64,000 nt of DNA from Candidatus Latescibacterota bacterium. GTDB lineage: Bacteria; Latescibacterota; UBA2968. The notes under the pieces were generated by a model. It searched no databases. It saw only the letters and a program-made list of their open reading frames with translations, and was not told the DNA's origin. Both the position numbers and the translations under genes were made by a program. Each line of letters opens with the position of its first letter. Position 1 is the stretch's first letter. The stretch is from contig OZ242320.1 of assembly GCA_965208125.1 (NCBI GenBank), forward strand, positions 2,400,001 to 2,464,000, given 5' to 3'. Positions 20,060 to 30,273 of this stretch are shown one piece after another.

Positions 20060-20773
20060 ATGAAAATCGCACATATTTCCGATTTCCATCTTCGCCACCA
20101 TCTCGCTGGCGAGAATATCAGGTGCGGGCCTGATCTTATAGCCGAAGGTGCGCGTCATATTGCCGCGCATTCTCCCGATTTGGTCGCTATTACGGGTGAT
20201 CTGGCCGATTATCCTCTCGATGCATTGGACGATCCCGATACGGTGACGCTGGGGGAAAAAGACCTCCATCTCGTGCGCGAATGTTTTGACGGTCTTTCCT
20301 GTCCCGTTGCGTATGTGCCTGGCAATCACGATCATCCCACGTCTTTTCGCCGCGTTTTTTTCGATCAGCCTTTTGATTTTGATGTGCAGGGTTTTCGCGT
20401 GGTTATTTTTTTCGATGAGGAAGGGGATCACCATGTGCCGCAGCGCGTTGGGGCAGAACGAGCGCGGTTTCAATCTGTGTTGTCAGATGGCGATCCGCGG
20501 CCGCAAATTCACTTGCAACACTATTTGATTTTTCCCGAGCATAGCGGAGGGTATCCATATAATTATGGCGATGCGGCGGAGTTGAAAGCTGCATTGCTTG
20601 CAGATTCGCGCCGCAAACTCGTGCTTAGTGGGCATTATCACGAGGGAGAGGATCTTATGGCAGAAGGCCATATATCTTTTGCGACGGCGCGTGCCTTTCG
20701 AGAACCACCCCATCCCTTTCGCGTGTACGAGATTGCGGATGCGGATATTACACAGGCTGAGTACACTTTGTGA
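20060..20773 (+). CDS. Calcineurin-like metallophosphoesterase (CpdA/Icc-like)
   Basis: HISDFH, ITGDL, PGNHD, SGHYH motifs. Confidence 0.9.
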   Translation: MKIAHISDFHLRHHLAGENIRCGPDLIAEGARHIAAHSPDLVAITGDLADYPLDALDDPDTVTLGEKDLHLVRECFDGLSCPVAYVPGNHDHPTSFRRVFFDQPFDFDVQGFRVVIFFDEEGDHHVPQRVGAERARFQSVLSDGDPRPQIHLQHYLIFPEHSGGYPYNYGDAAELKAALLADSRRKLVLSGHYHEGEDLMAEGHISFATARAFREPPHPFRVYEIADADITQAEYTL

Positions 20774-21360
20774 GTGGAGGTTGTGTGACGTTTAAGGCGA
20801 GACATATTTTTATACCAATTGCTACAATCGCTCTGGGGATTTGCGTTTTTGTAGTTTTCCTGGATTACCGAGATGCTTTTCACCGCGCCCTCAATGTGCC
20901 GCCAACTTCGCATTATGCAGCCGATGTTCCCAATTTGATTACGGCGTATTACACGCGGTCGGATGTATCAGATATAGAGTGGACTCTTTCCGAAGCTCTT
21001 GCGCCCGACCAGCCGATTCGCCGTCTGGTTTTTGCACTTTTTCTCGTGTACACATCACAGGAAAAGCGCGTTGCCGCGTTTTTGCATTACGCGGCGTTTG
21101 GTCCCGTGCGCGGTATTGAGCGGGCTTCTCTATATCATTTTGATATTCACCATTCAAAGCTCACGGCTGGCGAGGTTTTGCTGCTGTGCGATCTGGCGCA
21201 TGGTGCAGATGTCCCGATGAATGATCCCATTGCCGCGTTGGAGCGCCGCGATGCGCTTTTGTCCGATTTGTTCGCGCGCGGTTTTTTATCTCAGGATGTT
21301 TATCGCAGCGAGCGCGACCGCGCGTTGTCCCTTTCTGTCAATCCCATACCGGTGAAGTGA
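20770..21360 (+). CDS. Degenerate GT51 transglycosylase-like protein
   Basis: FGPVRGIERASLYHF...LTAGEVLLL resembles GT51 C-terminal motifs; N-terminal TM helix. Confidence 0.55.
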   Translation: MSGGCVTFKARHIFIPIATIALGICVFVVFLDYRDAFHRALNVPPTSHYAADVPNLITAYYTRSDVSDIEWTLSEALAPDQPIRRLVFALFLVYTSQEKRVAAFLHYAAFGPVRGIERASLYHFDIHHSKLTAGEVLLLCDLAHGADVPMNDPIAALERRDALLSDLFARGFLSQDVYRSERDRALSLSVNPIPVK

Positions 21361-21405
21361 TGGTTCGTGGTGAGGATATAGTGAAAAACAAAGGTTTTAT
21401 TGCGT

Positions 21406-21981
21406 ATGTCAAAAGCAAAATGGCGTGAAAAGCTCGATTATGCGAAAACAATTGCCGATCCATTGCGCCGTCGGCTCTATGTTTGCGCGCTTGTGGCCGC
21501 AGCATTGCCGCAAGCGAAAAAGTTGCCTTATGTCATTGTTGGTGGCAATGCCCTGGAGTTCTATACGCTTGGTGCTTATGCCACTGTGGATGTCGATCTC
21601 GTGAGTGAAAGGCGAAACGAAATTGGCAATTTGTTGGAAAGCTGGGGATTTGACCAGATGGGCAGGCATTGGCATCACGTGGGGCTGGATATTGCAATTG
21701 AGATTCCCGATGATGTTCTCGCTGGATCTGAAGATAAGGTGACACTGGTCGAAATTGAGGATTTGACTGTCTATATCATCGGTGTGGAAGATCTCATTAT
21801 TGATCGGTTGAGTGCTTATGTCCATTGGGATTCAACCGATGATGGAAATTGGGCGCAGGAACTCCTGGCACTATACCAACAAGATATTGATTGGACGTAT
21901 CTCAAAACCCGCGCGCAAGCCGAAGGCGTGCTGGAGGCGTTGATTGCGTTTAGAGATCAGGTAGAGGAGGACAGAGGTTGA
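21406..21981 (+). CDS. Nucleotidyltransferase-fold protein (DUF6036-like)
   Basis: IVGGNAL...ATVDVDLV and EDLIIDRL motifs. Confidence 0.7.
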   Translation: MSKAKWREKLDYAKTIADPLRRRLYVCALVAAALPQAKKLPYVIVGGNALEFYTLGAYATVDVDLVSERRNEIGNLLESWGFDQMGRHWHHVGLDIAIEIPDDVLAGSEDKVTLVEIEDLTVYIIGVEDLIIDRLSAYVHWDSTDDGNWAQELLALYQQDIDWTYLKTRAQAEGVLEALIAFRDQVEEDRG

Positions 21982-22208
21982 AAATTGTAAATTTTGATCA
22001 ACACGTTCGAGAGATTCGACCACGTGCGCGACGCTATCAACTCGAGCAACGCATGCAGCGACGCCAGCGCCTGCCCCGTCGTCGTCCTCGTGACGCGGAT
22101 GCACGTCGGGGTCTGATTCAGTTGGCGTTAAAACGCCGGGCGCAGTGGTTGGAAGACGGTAGATTAGAAAAGATCGGCCCCAGACACTATCGCTTGCATC
22201 TGGATTAG
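21978..22208 (+). CDS. Small basic hypothetical protein
   Basis: TTGA overlap with the upstream stop, GAGGAGG RBS; Arg-rich 76 aa. Confidence 0.55.
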   Translation: MKIVNFDQHVREIRPRARRYQLEQRMQRRQRLPRRRPRDADARRGLIQLALKRRAQWLEDGRLEKIGPRHYRLHLD

Positions 22209-22214
22209 AGACGA

Positions 22215-23486
22215 GTGATGAATAGAGATACCCAGTCCTGGACGTGTAGTTTTCTGGCGGGTCGCATTGGTTCTGCAGATCCGCTTGCCAGGGGTACGGA
22301 GATTGTGCATATCGAGGCGCATAAGGGGCGGCTTTATGCCGGAAATGGCTATTGGATGGATAATCCTTATACCGCGATACCCTGGGCGCAGGTTCTGGTG
22401 ATTGATTCACCGGCTGACAAGTGGCGTATAGACTACAGTCTGGGGGCGTCGCATCTTCGGGTTACTGCGCTGAAGTCGGTGGTTTTTGAGACGGATGATT
22501 CGGGCAATTCTCTGTCCGAGAGAGTGAATCTTTTGCTGGCTGGGTCTGACCGGCGCAGGGGCGTTCGCGGGATGGGTGAGTCGAATATTTTTACGCGAGA
22601 CGATGATAGCGGGTCGTGGGTGAGGACTACGCTTCAGTCCGGCAGGGGTTATCGGCGCATGGTGCGCGCGTTTTTTATTCATCGCGATGGGGTGACGGGG
22701 GTGGATCGCATTTTTGTTTCTGCGGGGCAATTGGGGATTTATTCAGGGGTGTATGATCCGGCTCAGTTGGGGAAGATTCGATGGGATGAGGTGTCCGAGT
22801 TTGGGCCGATTAAAGCGCGTCCTATGTCTTTTGCAGAGGCAAATGGTATTTTGTATGCGTCGATTGGGACGTCGGTTTATCGCCGCGTGGATGGGCAGGT
22901 ACCTGTTTGGGAGGAGGTTTATACGGATGATACGCCGTATAGTTTTGAACAGGCTGGTATCCGCGGTTTGACGTCGGTTCCTCCTCCGGCAGGTGAAGGG
23001 GAGTCTCTTTTGTTTTCTCACACGAATCGCATTATTCGCATGGATCCGGAGGCGGATTATGCAGCGACTGTTGAGTTGAAGATTGATGCGTTGCTCAATA
23101 AGGCGTGGCAGCGTTCTATTAGAGGCAGAAGTATTATTGCCGCGTACAGCGATATGGTGCCTGTTACCGATCCTGCGACGGGACAGACTGTCTATATGAT
23201 GGGTGTTCAGTCAAAGGTGAATGGGGGGCAGACTTTTGGGGAGTGGTATCCGGGCGCGGCTTATTTGATCCGATATCCCGATTTGAGCTATCGGGTCAAG
23301 GAGGTGAATGGGCAATGGAAACCAGGCGATCCTTTTCTGGTGGCGATACGCACGATCGAGTTGTCGCCTTTTTCTGAGGATGCGGGTCAATATCTCTACT
23401 TTGGCGGCTTTGACGCAAATTTCCTCGATGCACACGATACTGCCTGGATTTACCGCGCGCACATGGATGCAGTTTTGGAGTTTTAG
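22215..23486 (+). CDS. Hypothetical beta-propeller-like protein
   Basis: Long ORF with repeated (H/A)xGxLYA...W blades. Confidence 0.6.
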   Translation: MMNRDTQSWTCSFLAGRIGSADPLARGTEIVHIEAHKGRLYAGNGYWMDNPYTAIPWAQVLVIDSPADKWRIDYSLGASHLRVTALKSVVFETDDSGNSLSERVNLLLAGSDRRRGVRGMGESNIFTRDDDSGSWVRTTLQSGRGYRRMVRAFFIHRDGVTGVDRIFVSAGQLGIYSGVYDPAQLGKIRWDEVSEFGPIKARPMSFAEANGILYASIGTSVYRRVDGQVPVWEEVYTDDTPYSFEQAGIRGLTSVPPPAGEGESLLFSHTNRIIRMDPEADYAATVELKIDALLNKAWQRSIRGRSIIAAYSDMVPVTDPATGQTVYMMGVQSKVNGGQTFGEWYPGAAYLIRYPDLSYRVKEVNGQWKPGDPFLVAIRTIELSPFSEDAGQYLYFGGFDANFLDAHDTAWIYRAHMDAVLEF

Positions 23487-24509
23487 ATGTCGCTGCTTAC
23501 GGGTAAGGTTAGCGATTTTTTGAAGATTGGTGTTGCGGCTGCTGGTCGCGGAGATTTGGAGACTGTGCAGACGGTGCTGGCGGAGAGGTCAGACTGGTTG
23601 TTGCGCGTTGGGTCGCACGGGCGGACGATGCTCTGGGAAGCGGCGTACCGGGGACGGTTGGCGATGGTTGAATGGTTGCTCAATCAGGGTGCGGATATCC
23701 ATGCGTGGGGCTGCCATTTTACGCCGTTGCTGGTGGATGTTTCGCCTTATTGCGCGGCGCGGTTTAAGAATCACGATGCGGTCGCCGATGTGTTGTGGGC
23801 GCGGGGTGCTACTGCTGATATTTATACGTTTGCGTATTTGGGGGATGGGGATAGAGTTGCCGAGTGCCTGCGCCGCGATCCGGGTCTCGCCACTGCGGAG
23901 CGGGTACAGCACGATACGAATGTTCGCGCTACGGTGTTGCACTACGCGGTTGGTGCTGGTTATCTGGATATTGTTTGTTTGTTGCTTGAGCGTGGTGCAG
24001 ATCCGCGGCTCTGTGGCGATTGGCTGGTGCGGTTCTGTATCTGGCGTGATCGGGCAGATATTTTGAAGGTGTTGCTCGATGCAGGTCTCGATCCGACGAT
24101 GGCTGAACTGCCCCGTTCCGGTCTTACCAATCCCGATATGATTGCGCTGCTTTCGAGCCGTGGGGTGGATTGCGATCCGAATTATGCAGAGGATGGGTGG
24201 CCGTCGATTGTTTTTCAGGCTCGTGGCGACCGCGGCGGGCGTGTTGATCGCATCCGGGATTTGATCGCGCGTGGCGCAGATGTGAATGCGCGCAATTACA
24301 AGGGGCAGACCGCGTTGCACTGCGCGGCGAGGGCGGGGTTTGTGGATATTGTTTCCCTACTTCTCGAACACGGTGCGGAAGTCGATTTGCGAGACCGCGC
24401 GGGACATACGCCGCTTATGGCTGCGTTGCGTTCGGGGATTAAGAATAAGGATAAGCTCTGCGAGGTTGTTCGCGTTCTCAAAGCAGCGGGTGCGAAGGTC
24501 GGTGAATGA
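23487..24509 (+). CDS. Ankyrin-repeat protein
   Basis: GQTALHCAARAGFVDIVSLLLEHGA, GHTPLMAA and similar repeats. Confidence 0.9.
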   Translation: MSLLTGKVSDFLKIGVAAAGRGDLETVQTVLAERSDWLLRVGSHGRTMLWEAAYRGRLAMVEWLLNQGADIHAWGCHFTPLLVDVSPYCAARFKNHDAVADVLWARGATADIYTFAYLGDGDRVAECLRRDPGLATAERVQHDTNVRATVLHYAVGAGYLDIVCLLLERGADPRLCGDWLVRFCIWRDRADILKVLLDAGLDPTMAELPRSGLTNPDMIALLSSRGVDCDPNYAEDGWPSIVFQARGDRGGRVDRIRDLIARGADVNARNYKGQTALHCAARAGFVDIVSLLLEHGAEVDLRDRAGHTPLMAALRSGIKNKDKLCEVVRVLKAAGAKVGE

Positions 24510-24549
24510 TGAACTGCTTAGCGAAAATAAATTCTCAAAGGAAGACAAT

Positions 24550-25560
24550 ATGAAAGCGAGAATCGTTGGAGAGCGGCAGTCAGATGTGGTGACAGCACCA
24601 GTGCCAGAGCCGAAGGAGGATTGGGCGGTGGTGAAGGTGCATGCTTCGGCGATGTGTACCGAGTATAAGGCGTGGATGGCGGGGGATCGACGCGAGGTGA
24701 TCGGGCACGAGGGGGCTGGCGAGGTGGTGGCGGTGGCGCAGCCGGGACGGGTGAAGGTGGGGGACCGGGTTACGGTGATGCCGCAGTATCCGTGTGGCAA
24801 TTGTGCTTTGTGTCGATCAGGTGATTATATCTATTGTGAGGATACATATAACTTTGCCGAGTTCACGGGTAGCCGAGAGGGCAGTGGTACGTTTGCCCAT
24901 TATGTGGTCAAGCCCTCATGGCTTTTGTTGCCGATTCCCGAACGGGTTACGTACGAGCAGGCGACAATGGCGATTGACGGTATCGGCGCTTCTTTTGGGG
25001 GTATGCAAGCGATTGGCGTGGGTGCGTTTGATACGGTGCTGATTACGGGGCTGGGGCCGGTGGGGCTTGGTGGAATTATTAATGCCCGGTTCCGGGGGGC
25101 GCGGGTGCTGGCGGTGGAGCCTGCGCCGTGGCGCGCTGCGCTCGGCCTTGAGTTGGGCGCAGAGGTGGTGTTGCATCCGCAGGATGACCCGCTTGCGCGT
25201 ATTCGAGATTTGACGGATGGTCGCGGGGTTGATTGCGCGGTGGATTGTTCTGGTTCTGTAGCAGGCGAGCGGCTGTGTATTGATGCGGTGCGGCGGCGCG
25301 GACGGGTGGCGTTTGTCGGCGAGTGTTCCCAGGATTTGCCGATTAAGGTGAGTCCGGATTTGATTCGCAAGGGGTTGCTGGTGTCGGGGAACTGGCTGTA
25401 CAATATGCAGGATTACGAGGGCGTGATGCAGGTGATTGCGGAGTCGCCCCTTATCGATAAGCTGATCAGTCACGTTATGCCGATGAGCAATATTCAGGAG
25501 GCTTTTGGTCTTCTGGCTGCTGGCGAGGCCGCAAAGATCGTGCTTCATCCCTGGGCGTAG
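24550..25560 (+). CDS. Zinc-binding medium-chain dehydrogenase
   Basis: C...GHEGAG, CGNCALCRSGDYIYC, GLGPVG; start MKARIVG. Confidence 0.9.
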   Translation: MKARIVGERQSDVVTAPVPEPKEDWAVVKVHASAMCTEYKAWMAGDRREVIGHEGAGEVVAVAQPGRVKVGDRVTVMPQYPCGNCALCRSGDYIYCEDTYNFAEFTGSREGSGTFAHYVVKPSWLLLPIPERVTYEQATMAIDGIGASFGGMQAIGVGAFDTVLITGLGPVGLGGIINARFRGARVLAVEPAPWRAALGLELGAEVVLHPQDDPLARIRDLTDGRGVDCAVDCSGSVAGERLCIDAVRRRGRVAFVGECSQDLPIKVSPDLIRKGLLVSGNWLYNMQDYEGVMQVIAESPLIDKLISHVMPMSNIQEAFGLLAAGEAAKIVLHPWA

Positions 25561-26363
25561 GGCGTTTCTTTTAGTACGCTTTTAAGCCATGCTCTGGCAC
25601 GCCTGCGATACGGACTTTCTCTGTGCATCCACAGGTCTGTATGCGGGTGGACGATATTGTCTTCGGGGATGTTGAATATCTGGTCGGTTGGCACGTTCAG
25701 GAATGTGAATTGCGCCAGGTTGAGGTGTTCTTTGAGGAATTGATCTCTTATCCTGCTGGCGTTCTGCCCGCAGATGAGCACGGGCCGGCCCTTTATCCGT
25801 GCAAGGCGGGTGAGAGCAGATGCGCGGTCACTTTCTGGATAATCCCATTCCTTTTCGCCGTCAAAATGGTCGTGGGTGAAGATGCCTTTCCAATAGGCTG
25901 CGATTTCGTCATCCGCAAGGCCGATGTAGCTGGTGCCAATGGCTCCGCGCGAGAAGCCGCAGATGAATATGTTTCGCGGGTCGCCGCCAAATTTTTTACA
26001 GATCCGCGGGAGGTTGGTCTTGCAGTAGTTCACGGTTGCTTGCTTGTCGCCCCACCACGTGACGGCATTTTCTTTTGTTCCCTTTTCTATATATGGCATA
26101 GATACCCATATAAATCCTCGCCCTCCACTTATACCATAGCCCAGGTTCGCGTCTTCCACTTTCCCAGTTGATTTACAAGGTTCCCATTTGTTGCCGGTAT
26201 ATTCGACGATGACAGGGTATTTGCGCCCGGGTTGCCAGTCTTTGGGAAGGTATAGCGCGTGGTGTACATCGGTTCCTCTGTACTCCGGCGCAGTTTGACG
26301 CACGCGCTTGCCCGGGGCAGGTGGCGCATCCGTCATGGTTGGTGTAACGAGGTCTAATGGCAT
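25545..26363 (-). CDS. Alpha/beta-hydrolase-fold protein
   Basis: ALYLP.DW.PG.KYPVIV; nucleophile elbow GFSRG. Confidence 0.7.
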   Translation of the reverse strand: MPLDLVTPTMTDAPPAPGKRVRQTAPEYRGTDVHHALYLPKDWQPGRKYPVIVEYTGNKWEPCKSTGKVEDANLGYGISGGRGFIWVSMPYIEKGTKENAVTWWGDKQATVNYCKTNLPRICKKFGGDPRNIFICGFSRGAIGTSYIGLADDEIAAYWKGIFTHDHFDGEKEWDYPESDRASALTRLARIKGRPVLICGQNASRIRDQFLKEHLNLAQFTFLNVPTDQIFNIPEDNIVHPHTDLWMHRESPYRRRARAWLKSVLKETPYAQG

Positions 26364-26386
26364 GGTCCCCCTGCATTCGAGTTCGT

Positions 26387-27505
26387 TCAGGATTCCAATT
26401 CGTCGAGCCAGCGCGCTACCACTCGACTGCCTTTTTGTATTTCAGAGATGGCTTCGTGGTCGGGTTGCTCTTGTTCGTCGATCAGACCTTTTCGCCGGAA
26501 GCGATTTCGGATATAACCGCCACAAAGATGCGCGCCTATTGCGCCGGGGTTTTTCAGGAGGCCGTAGAGAGCTTCGGCATACCATTTTCCATCTGCGAGA
26601 TGATATTCCCCATCCAGATATTTTCCGCTGTCGTCCGCGATGGTTTCCCGGGGACGGGAGCCGTCTGCCCATAGAACCGGCTTTCCCGTGGCTGTGTGCC
26701 ATTCGCGCATGTGTGTGACCGGGTCTCCGAAGTCCTGAAAGCTGAGTACGTCAACGTACGGCTCAGCAGCCTGTACAATTTCCATTGGGAGTGGTGCGAG
26801 TGCTTCGTATCGGTCTCCGAGGATCAGGTGATGGGGATCATAACGGCGAATGGCGTCGTGGGTGATTTTGTAGTATCGCTGTGCCAGGTTGAAGAGTTCA
26901 GTCCGGCCCGCTTGCGATTCCAGTCGTGTGGGATCAAACATGGGTCCGCGCCATGCCGTGTGTGGGGTTCGGACGTGAACCCAGGTTGGACAGTCCGAGT
27001 AAAAATAGCCGATTAAGTTTGGTTCGTCTCTGAGTCGCGCGCATTCGGATCTGGCGACATAGTCGCACCAGTCCTCGAAGTCTTTGCTGAAGATGTCGGG
27101 ATTTTTGTGCCATGCGTTCCATTGATGTGTTTCGATGAAGGGCAGGAGGTGACAGTAGGGCATGGATAGGGCGCGATATTCTTCCAAGGTGAAGCTCGGA
27201 CTGTGCGCGTGTTTTAAGATGGTTACATCCTGTACCCAGCCGACGGTGTTGAATCCCCAGGATTTCAGGTCGGGGGATACGGATTCGCTGATCCACTTGA
27301 TGCTGTTGTTGTCGTATTTCTGTTTCCAGCGGGGGAGGTTCTCTGGATATAGCAGTGGGGAGGAGTCGATGTGATTTAATCCGACGGAGAAAAACGGCTG
27401 TCGACCTGGCGTGAGCAAGATCCAGCGTTCGCCGAGTTTTCCGAGGGTGAAGAATCCTTCGGGGGATGTTTGCGTTGTTTCGACTGTTTCCAGTATGGTA
27501 TTCAT
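26387..27505 (-). CDS. Agarase-like glycoside hydrolase
   Basis: WGFNTVGW, NLIGYFYSD, AIRRYDPHHLILGDRY. Confidence 0.7.
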   Translation of the reverse strand: MNTILETVETTQTSPEGFFTLGKLGERWILLTPGRQPFFSVGLNHIDSSPLLYPENLPRWKQKYDNNSIKWISESVSPDLKSWGFNTVGWVQDVTILKHAHSPSFTLEEYRALSMPYCHLLPFIETHQWNAWHKNPDIFSKDFEDWCDYVARSECARLRDEPNLIGYFYSDCPTWVHVRTPHTAWRGPMFDPTRLESQAGRTELFNLAQRYYKITHDAIRRYDPHHLILGDRYEALAPLPMEIVQAAEPYVDVLSFQDFGDPVTHMREWHTATGKPVLWADGSRPRETIADDSGKYLDGEYHLADGKWYAEALYGLLKNPGAIGAHLCGGYIRNRFRRKGLIDEQEQPDHEAISEIQKGSRVVARWLDELES

Positions 27506-27526
27506 TGAGGCTCCTTATCAGGCTGA

Positions 27527-28609
27527 CTACCCCATCCTCAAGTTGCGATCTTCGAGGGGCAGGTCAATGCGGATGTTGCCGCGGCGGTGGGATTCTCTTA
27601 TGGCGATGCCGATTTCAAGGGCTTCGCGGCCGAACTCGCCGGGGCAGATGTCTTCGCGGCCCTGTTCGATAGAGCGACAGACGCCTTCGATGGCGTCAAC
27701 CATTGAGCTTCTGGGATGCCATGGTCCCGGGAGATGCGTCTGGGTGGGTGCGCCGGTTTCGGGATGTGGGGTCCATATCTCGAACTGGGCATGGGCGTTG
27801 CGGGAGATAATGCGGCCGGTTTCGCCGATGAATTCCAGGGACCAGGCAAAGGGCCTGGTTTCGGAGCGGGAGTTTAAGATGGTGCGGATGCCGTTTTCAT
27901 AGACAATGATTCCCGATCCGGGGATGTCGGCGTTGGATTGGGCCTGTTTGTCTGTGTCGATGAGACCGACTACCCATTGGGCTGGCGCACCGGCAAAGAG
28001 GCGGAGTAAGGATAGGGTGTGGCTTTGAATATTGGAAAGGCTGGCGGGGCTGTGGCAGATCATTGTTTTTAAGGGGCCAATGATGCCGTCGGCAATGAGT
28101 CTGCGGGCGTTTGTGTAGTAGCTATACCAGTTGAGGTGGCAGGCCATTGAGAGGATGACGTTGTTTTTGGCGCAGGCGTCGATCATGGCATCGGCATCGG
28201 CCAATGTGCGGCACATCGGTTTGGTGGCAAAAATGGCTTTGACGCCCAGTTCGGCCAGACCGACCGTGATTTCAGCGCGGGGTTCGGGGCGGGTGGTCAG
28301 GCATACCACGTTGATTTGTTCTTTTTCGACCATTTCCCGGTAATCGGTGTACAGGGCTGAAACGTCCCAGCGCTGTTTGAAGTCCTCGAGTTTGGCGGGG
28401 TCATCATCAGCGGCGGCAACGAGATCGATTCCCCGGGCTTCAATCATTGCAGGCGCGTGTGCCCAGGGCCATGGGTAATGAGGCATGCCAATGTGTTCGT
28501 CGTCAATGGTGCTGCCCATTCTGCCGCATCCTACAACGGCACCGCGATAGATATTTTTGGGCGCGGTGTCTCGCACGGTCTGAAAGGCTTTGCCTTTGGG
28601 TTCGGCCAT
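27527..28609 (-). CDS. Gfo/Idh/MocA family oxidoreductase
   Basis: VVGCGRMG; TKPMC (EKP variant). Confidence 0.85.
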   Translation of the reverse strand: MAEPKGKAFQTVRDTAPKNIYRGAVVGCGRMGSTIDDEHIGMPHYPWPWAHAPAMIEARGIDLVAAADDDPAKLEDFKQRWDVSALYTDYREMVEKEQINVVCLTTRPEPRAEITVGLAELGVKAIFATKPMCRTLADADAMIDACAKNNVILSMACHLNWYSYYTNARRLIADGIIGPLKTMICHSPASLSNIQSHTLSLLRLFAGAPAQWVVGLIDTDKQAQSNADIPGSGIIVYENGIRTILNSRSETRPFAWSLEFIGETGRIISRNAHAQFEIWTPHPETGAPTQTHLPGPWHPRSSMVDAIEGVCRSIEQGREDICPGEFGREALEIGIAIRESHRRGNIRIDLPLEDRNLRMG

Positions 28610-28630
28610 TGGGGTCTCCTCTGGAAGCTA

Positions 28631-29398
28631 TTAAGCGCTCTTTTGCACAATAAGCAACTCGCGGTGTTCGTTGGTTTCAATGCCTCGCTGAGTGGTGTAT
28701 TTCTCGAGAATCTGGTTAACGCCTTGCCAGTGTTTTTCGATTTCAAATTTTTCGGGCAATGGGACTGTGTGTAGCCATAAGAGAAGTGATTCAACATCAC
28801 AGAACCAATACGCGATGTCATACTCCATGAGCGCGATGATACGATTGCCGCGTTGCTGGAAAGTTTTGGCGAGTTCTTTAGCAGGCGACCACCAATCCTT
28901 GCCAAAACTGTTGCTCGTCCAACCGAATGCTGCCAGGATATTGGACGTATTGCGATGTCCCACGCTCTGCGTGATAAAATACCCTCCCGTACGTAGAACA
29001 CGCAAAACTTCATCTATATTGACAACAGAATGTCGATTTAAAACAATATCAAAATTCGAGTCAGGCAATTGCAGGGCATCAGCACTCATGACATTGAAAG
29101 AGACGTTGTTTATCTGCATTTTGGATTGGTTCTTATGGGCTGTTTGAATCATTTCATCGCTGATGTCGATTCCAATGCCCCTGCCGAAATTCGGTGATAA
29201 AGTGAGAAACTTTTCACCGCCACCCGTTCCTATATCAAGGACGCGAGATGATGAGGTGAGGTAGTTGCGAACCAGAGTAAGATAATCCCAGGGTACGGGA
29301 TCCCGTCTATCTCTTACGGCGGAGAAATCCCACCCTTGAATTTTACCAACAGACGCTGCGATTTGTTTTAGCTCTTTAAGCGTCATTAAGTTGCTCAT
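28631..29398 (-). CDS. Class I SAM-dependent methyltransferase
   Basis: VLDIGTGGGE; LRTGGYFITQ. Confidence 0.9.
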   Translation of the reverse strand: MSNLMTLKELKQIAASVGKIQGWDFSAVRDRRDPVPWDYLTLVRNYLTSSSRVLDIGTGGGEKFLTLSPNFGRGIGIDISDEMIQTAHKNQSKMQINNVSFNVMSADALQLPDSNFDIVLNRHSVVNIDEVLRVLRTGGYFITQSVGHRNTSNILAAFGWTSNSFGKDWWSPAKELAKTFQQRGNRIIALMEYDIAYWFCDVESLLLWLHTVPLPEKFEIEKHWQGVNQILEKYTTQRGIETNEHRELLIVQKSA

Positions 29399-29421
29399 CT
29401 TTGATCAGTGGCTTCGGTTTG

Positions 29422-29610
29422 TTATTCAAACCCATAGTCGAAACAAGCATGAATATCTTCTTGAGTCAGTGAAGGATATTCTTCCAGGATATTCTCAAAG
29501 GTATCCCCATTGGCCATCATCCGGAGGATTAGATGAACTGGAATACGGGTGCCTTTAATGCAGGCTTGTCCATGACAAACTTTGGGATCAATAGTAATAC
29601 GTTCATGCAT
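29422..29610 (-). CDS. DUF433 antitoxin-like protein (orphan, short C-terminus)
   Basis: RITIDPKVCHGQACIKGTRIPV...YPSLTQEDIHAC. Confidence 0.85.
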   Translation of the reverse strand: MHERITIDPKVCHGQACIKGTRIPVHLILRMMANGDTFENILEEYPSLTQEDIHACFDYGFE

Positions 29611-29631
29611 TTTTTTTTCTATTCTTTTTTG

Positions 29632-30273
29632 CTAAGCGTGTAGCATTCTCATGAATGTATCGTGGTTTGAAAAGTCTTCAACCCAGCACTCACATTTTCC
29701 CTCTAAGCGTGGTCCTACGCCTATGAAATGCCATTCCAGTTTTTTGGTCGCCTGGATATCCCATACAGCATCACCGATATATACGACGCGATAGAAACGG
29801 TCCCCCAATGCAGATAGGCATTTCTTCATGATCTCCACACGCTCGTCGCTGTCATCACTGGAAAATAGAACCATATTTCTCAAGCTAAATCCCGCATGTC
29901 TGAGTTTCATTTTGGCAGTATGTCTCCAGCCGCCTGTGGCAATTCCAATTTTATAGTGCTGATCAGATAGAAGTTTATCAATCAGGCAAACCGCCCCTTT
30001 CTTTGGGTGGCATTCGCCACCATTCTCAAGATATTGCCCAATTAATTCACCGAATTTTTTGCGGATTTCTCCAATTTGTTCCTCTTCCTGGATCTTATTC
30101 TTTTTCATTATTTGTCGCAAGATACCTGTGTCAGTTACATTTTTGTATTTGCTCCAATCATCGTCGATGCAAACTTCGCCCAGAATCTCTCTTATCGCAG
30201 AGATGTAGCTGGTCCCATCAAAATCAAAACTTTCGACCAGGGTTCCATCAATGTCAAATATCGTGGCTATCAT
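29632..30273 (-). CDS. HAD-family hydrolase
   Basis: FDIDGTL, ATGG, YIGDAVWD. Confidence 0.9.
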   Translation of the reverse strand: MIATIFDIDGTLVESFDFDGTSYISAIREILGEVCIDDDWSKYKNVTDTGILRQIMKKNKIQEEEQIGEIRKKFGELIGQYLENGGECHPKKGAVCLIDKLLSDQHYKIGIATGGWRHTAKMKLRHAGFSLRNMVLFSSDDSDERVEIMKKCLSALGDRFYRVVYIGDAVWDIQATKKLEWHFIGVGPRLEGKCECWVEDFSNHDTFMRMLHA

